Virus record (IMG/VR): IMGVR_UViG_3300027373_000001
Span: 1-39,508 of that record
Reading direction: 5' to 3' (one strand)
DNA from: a virus
Taxonomy: Duplodnaviria; Caudoviricetes
Length of the DNA: 39,508 nucleotides
Made by a program: the position numbers and the translations under genes. The notes under the pieces were generated by a model. The model saw nothing but the letters and a program-made list of their open reading frames with translations, ran no database searches and had not been told where the DNA came from. Below are positions 1-8,723 of the stretch, one piece after another (position 1 is the stretch's first letter; every line of letters begins with the position of its first letter).

Positions 1-163
1 ACGGCGACGCGCTGAGATACGTGAAGGAGCAGACCCCGGAGATATGCCTGAAGGCCGTGGAAGCCGACGGCGACGCGCTGAGATACGTGAAGGAGCAGAC
101 CCCGGAGATATGCCTGAAGGCCGTGGAAGCCGACGGCGACGCGCTGAGATACGTGAAGGAGCA
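1..163 (+). repeat. 66-bp (22-codon) coding tandem repeat; nt 1-99 duplicate nt 39410-39508
   Basis: Unit ACGGCGACGCGCTGAGATACGTGAAGGAGCAGACCCCGGAGATATGCCTGAAGGCCGTGGAAGCCG read directly; exact 99-nt terminal identity. Confidence 0.95.
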
Positions 164-197
164 CGTGTTCTCAGCCGAAGTATCAGCAGAGTTGTAA
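1..197 (+). CDS. 3' part of DUF4116-like tandem-repeat protein, continuing from 39247-39508 across the circular junction
   Basis: Frame starting at nt 3 reads GDALRYVKEQTPEICLKAVEAD repeats, then HVFSAEVSAEL, stop TAA at 195-197. Missed by the ORF track because its start is at the other end. Confidence 0.85.
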   Translation, partial: GDALRYVKEQTPEICLKAVEADGDALRYVKEQTPEICLKAVEADGDALRYVKEHVFSAEVSAEL

Positions 198-234
198 CGC
201 CCTTGCCCTGGAGGGTAAACCAGGGCGCAATTTT

Positions 235-516
235 ATGAACAACGATAATGCCGGATACTGGGATGGATGGCGCGGAGGCTACGACGCCTCCAACCATTGC
301 TCTGACCTGGCCGAAAGCCGCGCCGAGCGGTTTAAACCGATACAGCCGGAGGGCCCCCCCACTTCCCCCACCCTCCGGCCCCAATCTTGGGCCTTGGCAC
401 GTCTGGCCGAGTGGCAGGCCCTGCAGATTAGCACTTCAACAAAGGAGGCAGTATGCGCCGCCGTAGCCGTTAAAGCGGTGGCAGAAAAACTGATGAACGG
501 AGGGGCACCGCTTTAA
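235..516 (+). CDS. hypothetical protein
   Basis: 93-aa ORF filling the gap on the coding strand; no motif recognised. Confidence 0.4.
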   Translation: MNNDNAGYWDGWRGGYDASNHCSDLAESRAERFKPIQPEGPPTSPTLRPQSWALARLAEWQALQISTSTKEAVCAAVAVKAVAEKLMNGGAPL

Positions 517-560
517 AACACAAAATCAGGCGGGACCAACCCCTCCCAATTTCAAAACTT

Positions 561-1148
561 ATGAAAAACAACGTCTACATACTCGACACAGAAACAACCG
601 GCCTGCCGAAGAACTACAAGGCCAAGGTCTCGGACCTCGACAACTGGCCCCGGCTGGTACAGTTCGCCGCCCAGACCTACAGCCTCGACGGCCGCCTGCT
701 TCGGCAGTACACGGCCATCGTGAAGCCCGTGGGCTACGACATCCCGAAGAAAGCCTCCGACATCCACGGCATCACCCACGAGCGGGCCTTGGCCGAGGGC
801 TGCCGCCTGCAGGACGTCCTGCAGGTAATCCACGAGGACATCACCGACGCGCAGATAATCGTCGGCCACAACCTTATCGGCTACGACTACAACATCCTCG
901 GCTCCGAACTCATCCGGGCCGGATTCCCTACCATCCGGCCGCCCCGCAAGCGAATAGACACCATGCTCGAGCTGATAAAGTTCTGCAACCTCCGGGGAGC
1001 CTACGGCCCGAAGTGGCCCAAGCTGCAGGAGGCGCACGTGAAGATGTTCAACCGGGAGTTCGAAGGGGCGCACGACGCCATGCACGACGTCAAGGCCACG
1101 GCCGCCATCTTCTGGGAAGCGGTGCGCCGGGGCATCATCGAGATTTAG
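561..1148 (+). CDS. DEDDh 3'-5' exonuclease (DnaQ/epsilon-like)
   Basis: ExoI LDTETTG, ExoII VGHNLIGYD, ExoIII AHDAMHDV. Confidence 0.92.
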   Translation: MKNNVYILDTETTGLPKNYKAKVSDLDNWPRLVQFAAQTYSLDGRLLRQYTAIVKPVGYDIPKKASDIHGITHERALAEGCRLQDVLQVIHEDITDAQIIVGHNLIGYDYNILGSELIRAGFPTIRPPRKRIDTMLELIKFCNLRGAYGPKWPKLQEAHVKMFNREFEGAHDAMHDVKATAAIFWEAVRRGIIEI

Positions 1149-1180
1149 TGTTATAGCATAGCGAAACTAAAGGAGAAACC

Positions 1181-1954
1181 ATGACACAGACACAGCAGCA
1201 GATAAAAAGTGTTCTGCCGATCAAGCCCAACGAACCCTTGAAGGGGCTCCCGCCCTTCTTCAAGATGATAGTCGAAGGGCCCAGCAAGGTTGGCAAGACC
1301 ACGTTCGCAGCGTCCTTCCCGGACGCCATGCTCATCGAGTGCGAACCCGGCGGGGCGGCCCATGCGGCCTGCCGCGTCTTTGACGTCAGCAAGGGTAAGG
1401 ACCCACTGGTCGGCATCAACATGGCGCTGGCGGAGTTGCCGAACGATCCCTGCAAGACAGTGATCCTCGACACCATCGACGCCGTGGCGACGCTTAAGGC
1501 GCAGGACATATGCAGGCGCCTTAAGATAGAAACCATAGCCGACGCCCCCAAGGGCCAGCGGCACGGCGTACAATGGGAGATGTACGCCAACGAGGTCACC
1601 GGCCTGATAGGAGCCTTTCTGGCGCTCAACAAGAACGTGATAGTGCTCGGCCACACCAAGCCTGCGACCTACGAGGGCGAGGGCGACAAGCGCGTGATGC
1701 GGAACCCCGAGGGGCTCGACATCTACGGCAAGGCCGCCCGCATCCTGTACGCCAGGGTGGACAACATCGGGCACCTGAAGATAGAGAACAGGGGCGGCAA
1801 GCTCGAGCGCATCCTCTCGTTCCGGGGAGGCATGGACTGCACCCGCGGCAGCCGCCACCCGGCCCTCTCCGACAAGGAGCTCATTCTCCCCGCCAACGGC
1901 GGGTATGCGGAGTTCGTAAAGCTGTTCGGCGCCGAAGCGCCGGCGGCTAAATAA
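1181..1954 (+). CDS. Sak4-like / AAA_24 P-loop ATPase (ssDNA annealing)
   Basis: Walker A GPSKVGKTT, Walker B VILDTID, VIVLGH motif; followed by an SSB-like gene; RBS AAGGAG. Confidence 0.85.
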   Translation: MTQTQQQIKSVLPIKPNEPLKGLPPFFKMIVEGPSKVGKTTFAASFPDAMLIECEPGGAAHAACRVFDVSKGKDPLVGINMALAELPNDPCKTVILDTIDAVATLKAQDICRRLKIETIADAPKGQRHGVQWEMYANEVTGLIGAFLALNKNVIVLGHTKPATYEGEGDKRVMRNPEGLDIYGKAARILYARVDNIGHLKIENRGGKLERILSFRGGMDCTRGSRHPALSDKELILPANGGYAEFVKLFGAEAPAAK

Positions 1955-1963
1955 GGAGGCATC

Positions 1964-2410
1964 GTGATGAAGTGGAACTTCGACAACGACCAGCGGTTCA
2001 AGAAGGGCGAACGCTACCATCTGGTGGTGGATCATGCCGAGGACAAGGAGTCCAACAGCGGGACGCCTTTCCTTAAGATACACTTCAAGCTGGCAGACAC
2101 CGGCGAGAAGGCGTTCGATAAGGCGCTCTGGAAAACGGAGAAAGCCGCCTACAGGGCCAAGGAGTGGGCCAGGGCGATGGGCTTCGGAGACGAGGGCGAA
2201 GTGGACCTCGATCCTGACAAGATGGCCGGGATTCACCTGACGGCCGAGGCCGACTACCAGAAGAACAATGACGACGGCAAGTCCTACCTCGAGTGGGTTA
2301 AGCCCGAGCCCATATCCGGGGCGGAGCAGGCGAAGCCCCAGCCCTCCGCCGCGGCGGCCGCCCCTGCCCCGGAACAGGAGCAGGCGCACGTAGAGGAGGT
2401 GCCGTTCTAA
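1964..2410 (+). CDS. DUF669-like single-stranded DNA-binding protein
   Basis: KESNSGTPFLKIHF motif, acidic tail ending EEVPF, position next to Sak4-like gene. Confidence 0.75.
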   Translation: MMKWNFDNDQRFKKGERYHLVVDHAEDKESNSGTPFLKIHFKLADTGEKAFDKALWKTEKAAYRAKEWARAMGFGDEGEVDLDPDKMAGIHLTAEADYQKNNDDGKSYLEWVKPEPISGAEQAKPQPSAAAAAPAPEQEQAHVEEVPF

Positions 2411-2419
2411 CCGGCCGCC

Positions 2420-3340
2420 ATGAAGATAACCCTTCCCAAGACCTACGGAAAACCGCTCTACAAGGTGGAGTTCAGGCCGAACGGTTACCACATCGACGGC
2501 AAGCGCGTTAAGCGCACGACCACCGTTCTTGAGCGGTATCCGGACACAAAGGCGGGGCTTATCGAATGGTCCAAGGAGCGCGTCGCTATAACGGCGGCGC
2601 GTCTCCTTAAGGACCGGGTCAAAGAACACCCCCAGACGCACACGAAGTTCTGCTACTTCCCCGCAGATCAGATAGACGCCATCATCAACGCCTCCTACCT
2701 CAACCCCGACGACATCAAGGACGAAACGGCCGAAGTCGGCAACGCCGTCCACGCCTTCTGCAGCGAGTGGCTGCTGGCCGGGGCCACGGAGGAGCGCCGC
2801 CTGGCCATCAACGCCAACTACTACCTGCCTCCGAATCCGGACCTACTGCAGCTCCTGCAGGAAAAGACGGACACGAGGCTCATGCCGGATACCGAACGGA
2901 ACTTGTTCTACGACAAAATGAAGTCCTACATGTTCAACAGGTTCTGCAAGGAGTGGACGGCCTCGGGGCTGACCTGCGTCGGCTCGGAGATAGTGGTCGG
3001 AAGCCGGAAGTACGGCGTCGGCGGCCGAATAGACATCCTCGCCAAGGACAAGAAGAAGCGGCTGGTCCTGCCGGACATCAAGACGACGAAGTACGTCGCC
3101 CCCAAGATGTTCGCGCAGCTGGCCGCCTATAAGCTGCAGTACGAGGAGATGTACGGCGAGAAGATCCACAGGGCGTTCATCATCCAACTGCCGCGGGAGT
3201 GGAGCATAAAGAACATGGGCTTCGGAGTTTACGAGAGGCCCCTTGCGAAGTACAAAGGAACCTTCCTTCACCTGCTTCGCAACTGGAAAGAGACAGAGTT
3301 CAGCTCGGCTGAAAAATGCCGGAAGGACCGCATATCATGA
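2420..3340 (+). CDS. PD-(D/E)xK exonuclease (Cas4/RecB-like phage recombination nuclease)
   Basis: GNAVH, E..V, GRIDIL, DIKT and QLAAY motifs. Confidence 0.85.
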   Translation: MKITLPKTYGKPLYKVEFRPNGYHIDGKRVKRTTTVLERYPDTKAGLIEWSKERVAITAARLLKDRVKEHPQTHTKFCYFPADQIDAIINASYLNPDDIKDETAEVGNAVHAFCSEWLLAGATEERRLAINANYYLPPNPDLLQLLQEKTDTRLMPDTERNLFYDKMKSYMFNRFCKEWTASGLTCVGSEIVVGSRKYGVGGRIDILAKDKKKRLVLPDIKTTKYVAPKMFAQLAAYKLQYEEMYGEKIHRAFIIQLPREWSIKNMGFGVYERPLAKYKGTFLHLLRNWKETEFSSAEKCRKDRIS

Positions 3341-4269
3341 CGAAAGCAAAGACCAAGACCACCAAGACCGAAAAGACCACGGACAGCCCGGTGGTGCTGT
3401 TCAACCCCAACGACATAGAGCTGGCGATAACCGGCTCGATCACGAAGAACAACCTGCCGCAGATAAAGGGCGCATGGATATCCTGGCTCAACCAGCGCGA
3501 CGCCAGCACCCTGCTCACCGACGTAGACTTCGCCGGAGCGGCGGACTTCATCAAGGACTGCAAGCAGACCGAGGACATCCTGACGGACATCGAAGAGAAG
3601 GCCGTCAAGGGCGACATCAAGAAGGTCCTGCAGGACATACGCGAGATGCGCGAGGCTACCCGCCAGAAGCGCCTCGAGTTCAACAGGGCCGTAGAGGACC
3701 GCAAGACGAAGCTCAAGACGGACGCCATCACGGCCGCCGTCAGGAAGGTGAACGACTTTGTGGCCACCCTGCCCTACCGCTGGACGGCCATAGACGGCGT
3801 GGACATCGAGGGTCGCATGCGGGCCGCTATCAAAGGCCTGTCGGCGTACCTCAAGATGAACGAGGCCCTGGACGCCGAGATCACGAAGCTGACGGCCGAG
3901 GCCGGCGAGTACTCGGCGCAGTTCGCCCGCAACAGGACCGCCGTGGCCGAACTCTACGCTACGGCCGGGGAGAAGGCTACCGACTCCGAGCTCGACGCCA
4001 TGGTCCGCACCTACGGCAACAGCGTCGTAGAGCGAGCCAAGTTCAGCCTCGACCAGAAGAAGCTGGCCAGGCAACAGGAGGAGATGGCCCGCCAGCAGGC
4101 CGCCAAGACCGAACCTGCGGCCCAGCGGCCGGCCGAGCCTGCCCCGGCTCCCAAGGCCACCGACAAGACCTACAGGGTCGGCTCTACCTTCCACGGCAAC
4201 ACCGACGAGATAGCCTACGCCATCTCGGGCATAGGCGGCAGCGACATCAAATTCGTAGAGATCAAGTAA
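3337..4269 (+). CDS. hypothetical coiled-coil protein of the recombination module
   Basis: Long helical ORF, ATGA-coupled to the nuclease. Confidence 0.7.
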   Translation: MTKAKTKTTKTEKTTDSPVVLFNPNDIELAITGSITKNNLPQIKGAWISWLNQRDASTLLTDVDFAGAADFIKDCKQTEDILTDIEEKAVKGDIKKVLQDIREMREATRQKRLEFNRAVEDRKTKLKTDAITAAVRKVNDFVATLPYRWTAIDGVDIEGRMRAAIKGLSAYLKMNEALDAEITKLTAEAGEYSAQFARNRTAVAELYATAGEKATDSELDAMVRTYGNSVVERAKFSLDQKKLARQQEEMARQQAAKTEPAAQRPAEPAPAPKATDKTYRVGSTFHGNTDEIAYAISGIGGSDIKFVEIK

Positions 4270-4280
4270 GGAGGAAGTAC

Positions 4281-4646
4281 ATGACGAAACTCAAGAGCAA
4301 GAAAGGCAAGAAGGTGGCGGCGAAAGGTGGCAAGCAGGACAACCTGTTGCCGCCCCCGGACGGCAAGTTCAAGCAGGACAAGATAGACGGCTCCGGCACC
4401 CTGCGCGAGACGACCGAGCCGGAAATACAGGAGGCGGCGGACTACTGGTTCGGCAAGAAGGTCGAAGAGGCCAGGGCCAAGGACGCCTCCAAGAAGGCGG
4501 CGGAGAAGGTCCTCGCTCTGATGGAAAGCGCAGGCAAGACCACGGTGATCGTGTTTAACACCGAGGAGCAGCGCAAGGTGCGGGTCAACATCCTGCAGGG
4601 CGCCGACAAGCTGCGCGTCGAGAAGAACATCGGCATCAGCGACTAG
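4281..4646 (+). CDS. hypothetical protein
   Basis: AGGAGG RBS before ATG 4281 (MTKLKSKK...); 3' end of track ORF 3243..4646. Confidence 0.7.
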   Translation: MTKLKSKKGKKVAAKGGKQDNLLPPPDGKFKQDKIDGSGTLRETTEPEIQEAADYWFGKKVEEARAKDASKKAAEKVLALMESAGKTTVIVFNTEEQRKVRVNILQGADKLRVEKNIGISD

Positions 4647-4704
4647 GCCATTCCCCCGGAGGCGGTTATGGGACGCCTCCGGGTTCACTATACAAGGAGA
4701 AATC

Positions 4705-5193
4705 ATGAACAAGTTTTACATCGGGATAGACAACGGGGTCAGCGGATCGGTCGGCGTGATATCCGACAGCGGCAAGGCCGTCTGGTTCAAGATGCCCGTC
4801 AAGAACGAGCTGTCCTACACCAAGACCAAGAAGTTCATCAACCGGGTAGACATCCCGGCCCTGGCCGAACTTTTCAACTGCGTCGTGCCGCTGGACGCCG
4901 ACATCGTCTGCCGTATCGAACGGCCGATGGTCAACCCCACGCGCTTCAACGCCACGCTTTCGGCTATACGGTGCCTTGAGGCCGTGCAGATATTTCTCGA
5001 GGGGCGCAAGGTGCCCTACGGATTTATCGACAGCAAGGAGTGGCAGAAGCGCATGCTTCCGGCCGGCCTGCATGGAAGCGACGAACTCAAGGCCGCGGCG
5101 GACACCGTATGCCGCAGGCTGTTCCCCTCGATCTCTATCAAGGCAGGCGGCGGCGACTCGCTGATGATAGCGCAGTACCTTAAGGAGAAATAG
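4705..5193 (+). CDS. RuvC-like Holliday junction resolvase
   Basis: YIGIDNGVSG, IERP, SKEWQK and DSLMIAQY motifs. Confidence 0.82.
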   Translation: MNKFYIGIDNGVSGSVGVISDSGKAVWFKMPVKNELSYTKTKKFINRVDIPALAELFNCVVPLDADIVCRIERPMVNPTRFNATLSAIRCLEAVQIFLEGRKVPYGFIDSKEWQKRMLPAGLHGSDELKAAADTVCRRLFPSISIKAGGGDSLMIAQYLKEK

Positions 5194-5196
5194 GAG

Positions 5197-6471
5197 ATGT
5201 ATGTGGATACTTCCAACATCATTACTACGCTCGAGTGGGCTACCGGATACGGCGGTATTGGACTTGGCCTCAAAGAAGTCTATGGTCGACGAGTGCGGTG
5301 CATTGGATATAGTGATGTTGAGGGGTTTGTCCAAGCCAATCTTATCAGTAAAATGGAACAGGGACTCCTGGATGAGGCACCTGTTTGGCCGAATCTTAAA
5401 ACCTTCCCAAGCCGAAAGTTTCACGGATTGGTGGACGTCCTCATTGCGGGATACCCTTGCCAGCCCTTCTCCTACGCCGGAAAGCGCGGCGGCGAAGAAG
5501 ATCCCCGGCACCTCTGGCCTTTCATTCAAGGGGCAGTTAAGCTTATTCGGCCACGATGCTGCTTCTTTGAGAACGTCGCAGGACATCTTACCCTCGGGTT
5601 TAAAAACGTCGTGCACGACCTGGACGAGCTGGGTTACACAGTTGCAGCAGGACTGTTTACGGCGGCAGAAGTCGGAGCGCCGCACAACCGCAAGCGGCTC
5701 TTTATCCTGGCCCACGACAACAACATCCGACTGTCACACGGAAAATTTGCGCTCGACGCAACAGAAGCCGGGCTCGATGCACAGCGTGACTTTGCCGCAG
5801 GCGGTCAAAAAGAGCTGGCCGACGGCGAAAGCGCAGAACGCGCAGAACGCATGCGACCACGGTCAAGGCGGCCCGGACCTGCAGACGGAGGTAATGAAGT
5901 GGCCGACGCCGGCCGTGATGGACGTGACGGGCGGAGACTACCCGACGGAGATAAAGGACGGCGCGATCAGAAGCCTGCACAACGCCAAGGGCCGGGAGCA
6001 GTACTACGGCGCGAGGCTGCGGGACGCGGTGAAGCTGTTCTGGCCGACGGCCTCGACCAGGGACTGGAAGGACACGCCCGGGATGTCGATGGAACGGGAC
6101 GGTCAGGAACTCGGCAGGGTGGACCAGCTGGCGAGGGCTGTATATTTCCACCAGCGTGGCCGTCTCGCCCCGGCGAGTCGCAGTACGGATGGGAGCCGCC
6201 CCGAGTCGTGGGCGACGCCGCGGTCAGGCAAGACGACCGGGGAGTCGGCGGAGACGTGGGAGAAGCGAAAGAAGAAGGGCGACGTGTCGACGATGCCGCT
6301 GGGAGCGCAGGTCAACGCCTGGAAAACGCCCCGGGCCTGCGAGGGGGACAAGCCTCCGATGGTGGACAAGCACCATCAGGGGCTGACGGCGCAGGCGCGG
6401 CCGGAGGCAGGCGCGGCCGGAGGCAGGCGCGGCCGGAGGCAAGCTCAACCCCAGATGGGTCGAGACCCTGA
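5197..6471 (+). CDS. C5-cytosine DNA methyltransferase catalytic (alpha) frame, motifs I-VIII; frameshifted at 6391-6438 before motif X
   Basis: TGYGG (I), GYPCQPFS (IV), FFENV (VI), HNRKRLFI (VIII). Motif X (LRMCGNGVVP) lies downstream in another frame. Confidence 0.88.
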   Translation: MYVDTSNIITTLEWATGYGGIGLGLKEVYGRRVRCIGYSDVEGFVQANLISKMEQGLLDEAPVWPNLKTFPSRKFHGLVDVLIAGYPCQPFSYAGKRGGEEDPRHLWPFIQGAVKLIRPRCCFFENVAGHLTLGFKNVVHDLDELGYTVAAGLFTAAEVGAPHNRKRLFILAHDNNIRLSHGKFALDATEAGLDAQRDFAAGGQKELADGESAERAERMRPRSRRPGPADGGNEVADAGRDGRDGRRLPDGDKGRRDQKPAQRQGPGAVLRREAAGRGEAVLADGLDQGLEGHARDVDGTGRSGTRQGGPAGEGCIFPPAWPSRPGESQYGWEPPRVVGDAAVRQDDRGVGGDVGEAKEEGRRVDDAAGSAGQRLENAPGLRGGQASDGGQAPSGADGAGAAGGRRGRRQARPEASSTPDGSRP

Positions 6472-6661
6472 TGGGGCTGCCGATGGGCTGGACGTGCCCG
6501 GACTGCCCGCCCTCGGTGATAAGGAACTGGCCGAGCTTTATGATTGGATGGCTCGTACTACAAACCGAACTGACGAGCTGCGGATGTGCGGAAACGGAGT
6601 CGTGCCCGCCGCCGCCGCAGTCGCTTGGCGAACTCTTTACAGAGAACTGTGTGGAGAATGA
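5201..6661 (+). CDS. Overlapping +1-frame (beta) methyltransferase polypeptide with W-x-T-(P) repeats; as assembled it is fused to the alpha C-terminus (motif X)
   Basis: 486-codon open frame with six WxT(P) units. Its expected motif IX (KLNPRWVETLMGLPMGWT) is in the third frame from 6441. Confidence 0.78.
   Translation: MWILPTSLLRSSGLPDTAVLDLASKKSMVDECGALDIVMLRGLSKPILSVKWNRDSWMRHLFGRILKPSQAESFTDWWTSSLRDTLASPSPTPESAAAKKIPGTSGLSFKGQLSLFGHDAASLRTSQDILPSGLKTSCTTWTSWVTQLQQDCLRRQKSERRTTASGSLSWPTTTTSDCHTENLRSTQQKPGSMHSVTLPQAVKKSWPTAKAQNAQNACDHGQGGPDLQTEVMKWPTPAVMDVTGGDYPTEIKDGAIRSLHNAKGREQYYGARLRDAVKLFWPTASTRDWKDTPGMSMERDGQELGRVDQLARAVYFHQRGRLAPASRSTDGSRPESWATPRSGKTTGESAETWEKRKKKGDVSTMPLGAQVNAWKTPRACEGDKPPMVDKHHQGLTAQARPEAGAAGGRRGRRQAQPQMGRDPDGAADGLDVPGLPALGDKELAELYDWMARTTNRTDELRMCGNGVVPAAAAVAWRTLYRELCGE
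6391..6438 (+). repeat. 16-bp perfect tandem repeat x3 (GCAGGCGCGGCCGGAG) in the C5 MTase
   Basis: Copies at 6391-6406, 6407-6422 and 6423-6438. Confidence 0.95.
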
Positions 6662-6969
6662 TGATGAGTAAGAATATTGACTCTGATATCCGCCGCCGCA
6701 AGATGTTTATCAAGTCGGCGCACGATGTTATGGAGCATTGGCCCGGATACGCCGCCTCCCTATCCAGCCTCTCGATCGAATGCGAGACCGACCGCTACAA
6801 CAAGGAACGCCAGGGCGCGGCGCAGGATGTATTGATATCGACGTGGAAGGCAGTACGGACGAACCAGGCCACGCCGGAGCAGTTCGAGAAGGCGGTCATA
6901 GACTGGCGGGTTTGCCCCCGCCTCGCTTTTTATTGTTTCGAGATGAGGTTAAGGAGGATGAAGAAATGA
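6658..6969 (+). CDS. hypothetical protein
   Basis: ATGA overlap with the stop at 6661; GGAG upstream. Confidence 0.6.
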   Translation: MMMSKNIDSDIRRRKMFIKSAHDVMEHWPGYAASLSSLSIECETDRYNKERQGAAQDVLISTWKAVRTNQATPEQFEKAVIDWRVCPRLAFYCFEMRLRRMKK

Positions 6970-7322
6970 TACAGATGAGTATGTTCAACGACAGCGGCGC
7001 CGCTACGCCGGAGGCGCAGGTCTCCGGCACGGCCGCCGCCTGCAGCGAAGAGGCAAGAACGAAGGTGGACGCCAACAGGCTCCGGGTGCTCACCGAGGCG
7101 GAATACAAGCTGTTCCCCAACGGGGCCATAGCCGACGAGATAGTCTACCGCCTGCAGAGCATGGGCGTAGCGGTGGACGAGTTCTCGATCCGGCCGCGGG
7201 TGACGGAACTCAAGAGCGAGGAACACGGCGCCGTCCTGGTCGAGACCGGGGAACGCCGCCGCAACGCCAAGGGTAACAGCTGCGCGGTACTGATACACCG
7301 GCTGTTCACGGAGGCCGCATGA
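6966..7322 (+). CDS. putative winged-helix DNA-binding protein
   Basis: ADEI...SIRPRVTELK...LVETGERRRN pattern; AGGAGG RBS. Confidence 0.6.
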   Translation: MIQMSMFNDSGAATPEAQVSGTAAACSEEARTKVDANRLRVLTEAEYKLFPNGAIADEIVYRLQSMGVAVDEFSIRPRVTELKSEEHGAVLVETGERRRNAKGNSCAVLIHRLFTEAA

Positions 7323-8050
7323 CCAACCTTGAAAGACTGAAAGTGACCATCGGGGATTTTGAAGATAAAATGAAATATGGGGACAGGGAGGAACTTAGCC
7401 AAGTCCTAAACGACATCAACTCCGAAGTAGACAGGTTGATATCCGAAGAGCGTTCACAAAAAACAGAAGTACATGCGGCGTGTACGAAGCAGGGAAGTGA
7501 ACAGAAGCCCACGGCCCCGGCTGGTATGGGTAGTCTTGAGGCATGGGAGAGCGAGGCAGAAGCGTTCTACAAAGCTAGTGGCTATCTTCGCCCCGGTAAA
7601 GACCCCGGCATAATCGGTGATGAGGAATATATCCAAAGGCGGGATAGGGCGTGGTCTCTCTGGTGTGGTGGCTGGAATTATCGGGATAATCTCTCCCCCA
7701 TCTCCGAGGCCAAGGTGGGGAAACAAGAGGAGCCGCTGGCGGTAATAACCGCGCTTTGTAAGCGGGCCTACGAAACCTCAAAGTCAAAGGGATGGAAGCA
7801 CGACAATGACGGCCAGGCCATAGCCCTGATGCACAGCGAACTCTCCGAGGCTCTCGAGGCGATGAGGAAGCCGGACCACAAGGACGAGCATCTTCCGAAC
7901 CTTGACCCGGTCGGCCTTGAACTGGCTGACGTTCTAATCCGGGTGTTAGACTTCTGCGGAGCCCGTGAAATAGATCTTGCCACGTGCCTCAAGGCGAAGA
8001 TGGACTACAACGACAGCCGGCCGATGAAACACGGCGGTAAACTATTCTAA
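7319..8050 (+). CDS. MazG-like NTP pyrophosphohydrolase with unrelated N-terminal extension
   Basis: IALMHSELSEALEA...ELADVLIRVLD...KMDYNDSRP..HGGK. Confidence 0.82.
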   Translation: MTNLERLKVTIGDFEDKMKYGDREELSQVLNDINSEVDRLISEERSQKTEVHAACTKQGSEQKPTAPAGMGSLEAWESEAEAFYKASGYLRPGKDPGIIGDEEYIQRRDRAWSLWCGGWNYRDNLSPISEAKVGKQEEPLAVITALCKRAYETSKSKGWKHDNDGQAIALMHSELSEALEAMRKPDHKDEHLPNLDPVGLELADVLIRVLDFCGAREIDLATCLKAKMDYNDSRPMKHGGKLF

Positions 8051-8064
8051 AAGGAAATAAACTC

Positions 8065-8481
8065 ATGAAAAAATATACCCTACTACTGATATTCTTCTCC
8101 GCCGCCTGCGCCCCTGCCGGCATGCCGCTCGAAGAGCAGGTATCGGCCGTCAAAGCCTGCAAGCAGGCGGGCGGGACGCCGCAGGAGATCCGCTACGCCG
8201 ACGGGGAAGGATGCGCCAAAGTCAACTGCTACTTCGGAGAGGAGCCCGGCGCGAGGCGGGAGAAAGAGGCCAAGCCGTGCCTGGACAAAGGCGGCGTACC
8301 GATATACTCCTCGTGGGACGGCACCCTCAAGGACTGCCAGTTCCCGAAGGAGAAGATTACAGAGAAGTGGGCCTACGCCTTCGTCTGCAAGAATATTCCG
8401 CCGGCCGGCCAGGCCAACTGGATAGACTGGCTCAAGGTCAACGGCGAATGCACCCAGATAGCCAAGGAGGATTCCAAATGA
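8065..8481 (+). CDS. putative lipoprotein
   Basis: MKK + hydrophobic stretch + lipobox-like SAAC; Cys-rich mature part. Confidence 0.65.
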   Translation: MKKYTLLLIFFSAACAPAGMPLEEQVSAVKACKQAGGTPQEIRYADGEGCAKVNCYFGEEPGARREKEAKPCLDKGGVPIYSSWDGTLKDCQFPKEKITEKWAYAFVCKNIPPAGQANWIDWLKVNGECTQIAKEDSK

Positions 8482-8572
8482 AGAAGACCGCAAAATGCCG
8501 ACTGCACAACAAACTCTGCCGCCGCTTCCCCTGCCAACACGCCGGCAGCCGGACGTGCCAGAGGAGGAGATC

Positions 8573-8722
8573 ATGATGGCGCACCTCACCAAGCTGGCCG
8601 CCGCCATCGTGGCCGTCCCGATGTGGATAAAGGCCACGATCATCTTCCTGCTCATCGTCGCGCTGATGTTCTTCGAAGCCGCCCGGGCCGAAGAATACGA
8701 TGAATACGACCACGAGGACTGA
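8573..8722 (+). CDS. small membrane protein
   Basis: GGAGGAG RBS; hydrophobic helix with acidic tail. Confidence 0.55.
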   Translation: MMAHLTKLAAAIVAVPMWIKATIIFLLIVALMFFEAARAEEYDEYDHED

Positions 8723-8723
8723 A

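Noticed and set aside
1-163. 66-bp repeats as a CRISPR array or DGR template/variable repeat
   Set aside because: Units are contiguous with no spacers and encode an in-frame protein repeat. No cas cluster or reverse transcriptase gene was recognised.
44-238. Track ORF MPEGRGSRRRR...
   Set aside because: Off-frame reading of the repeat gene; the frame from nt 3 joins the RBS-bearing ORF at 39247.
2420-3340. Cas4-like nuclease as part of a CRISPR system
   Set aside because: It sits in a Sak4-SSB recombination module, and no array or other cas genes are present.
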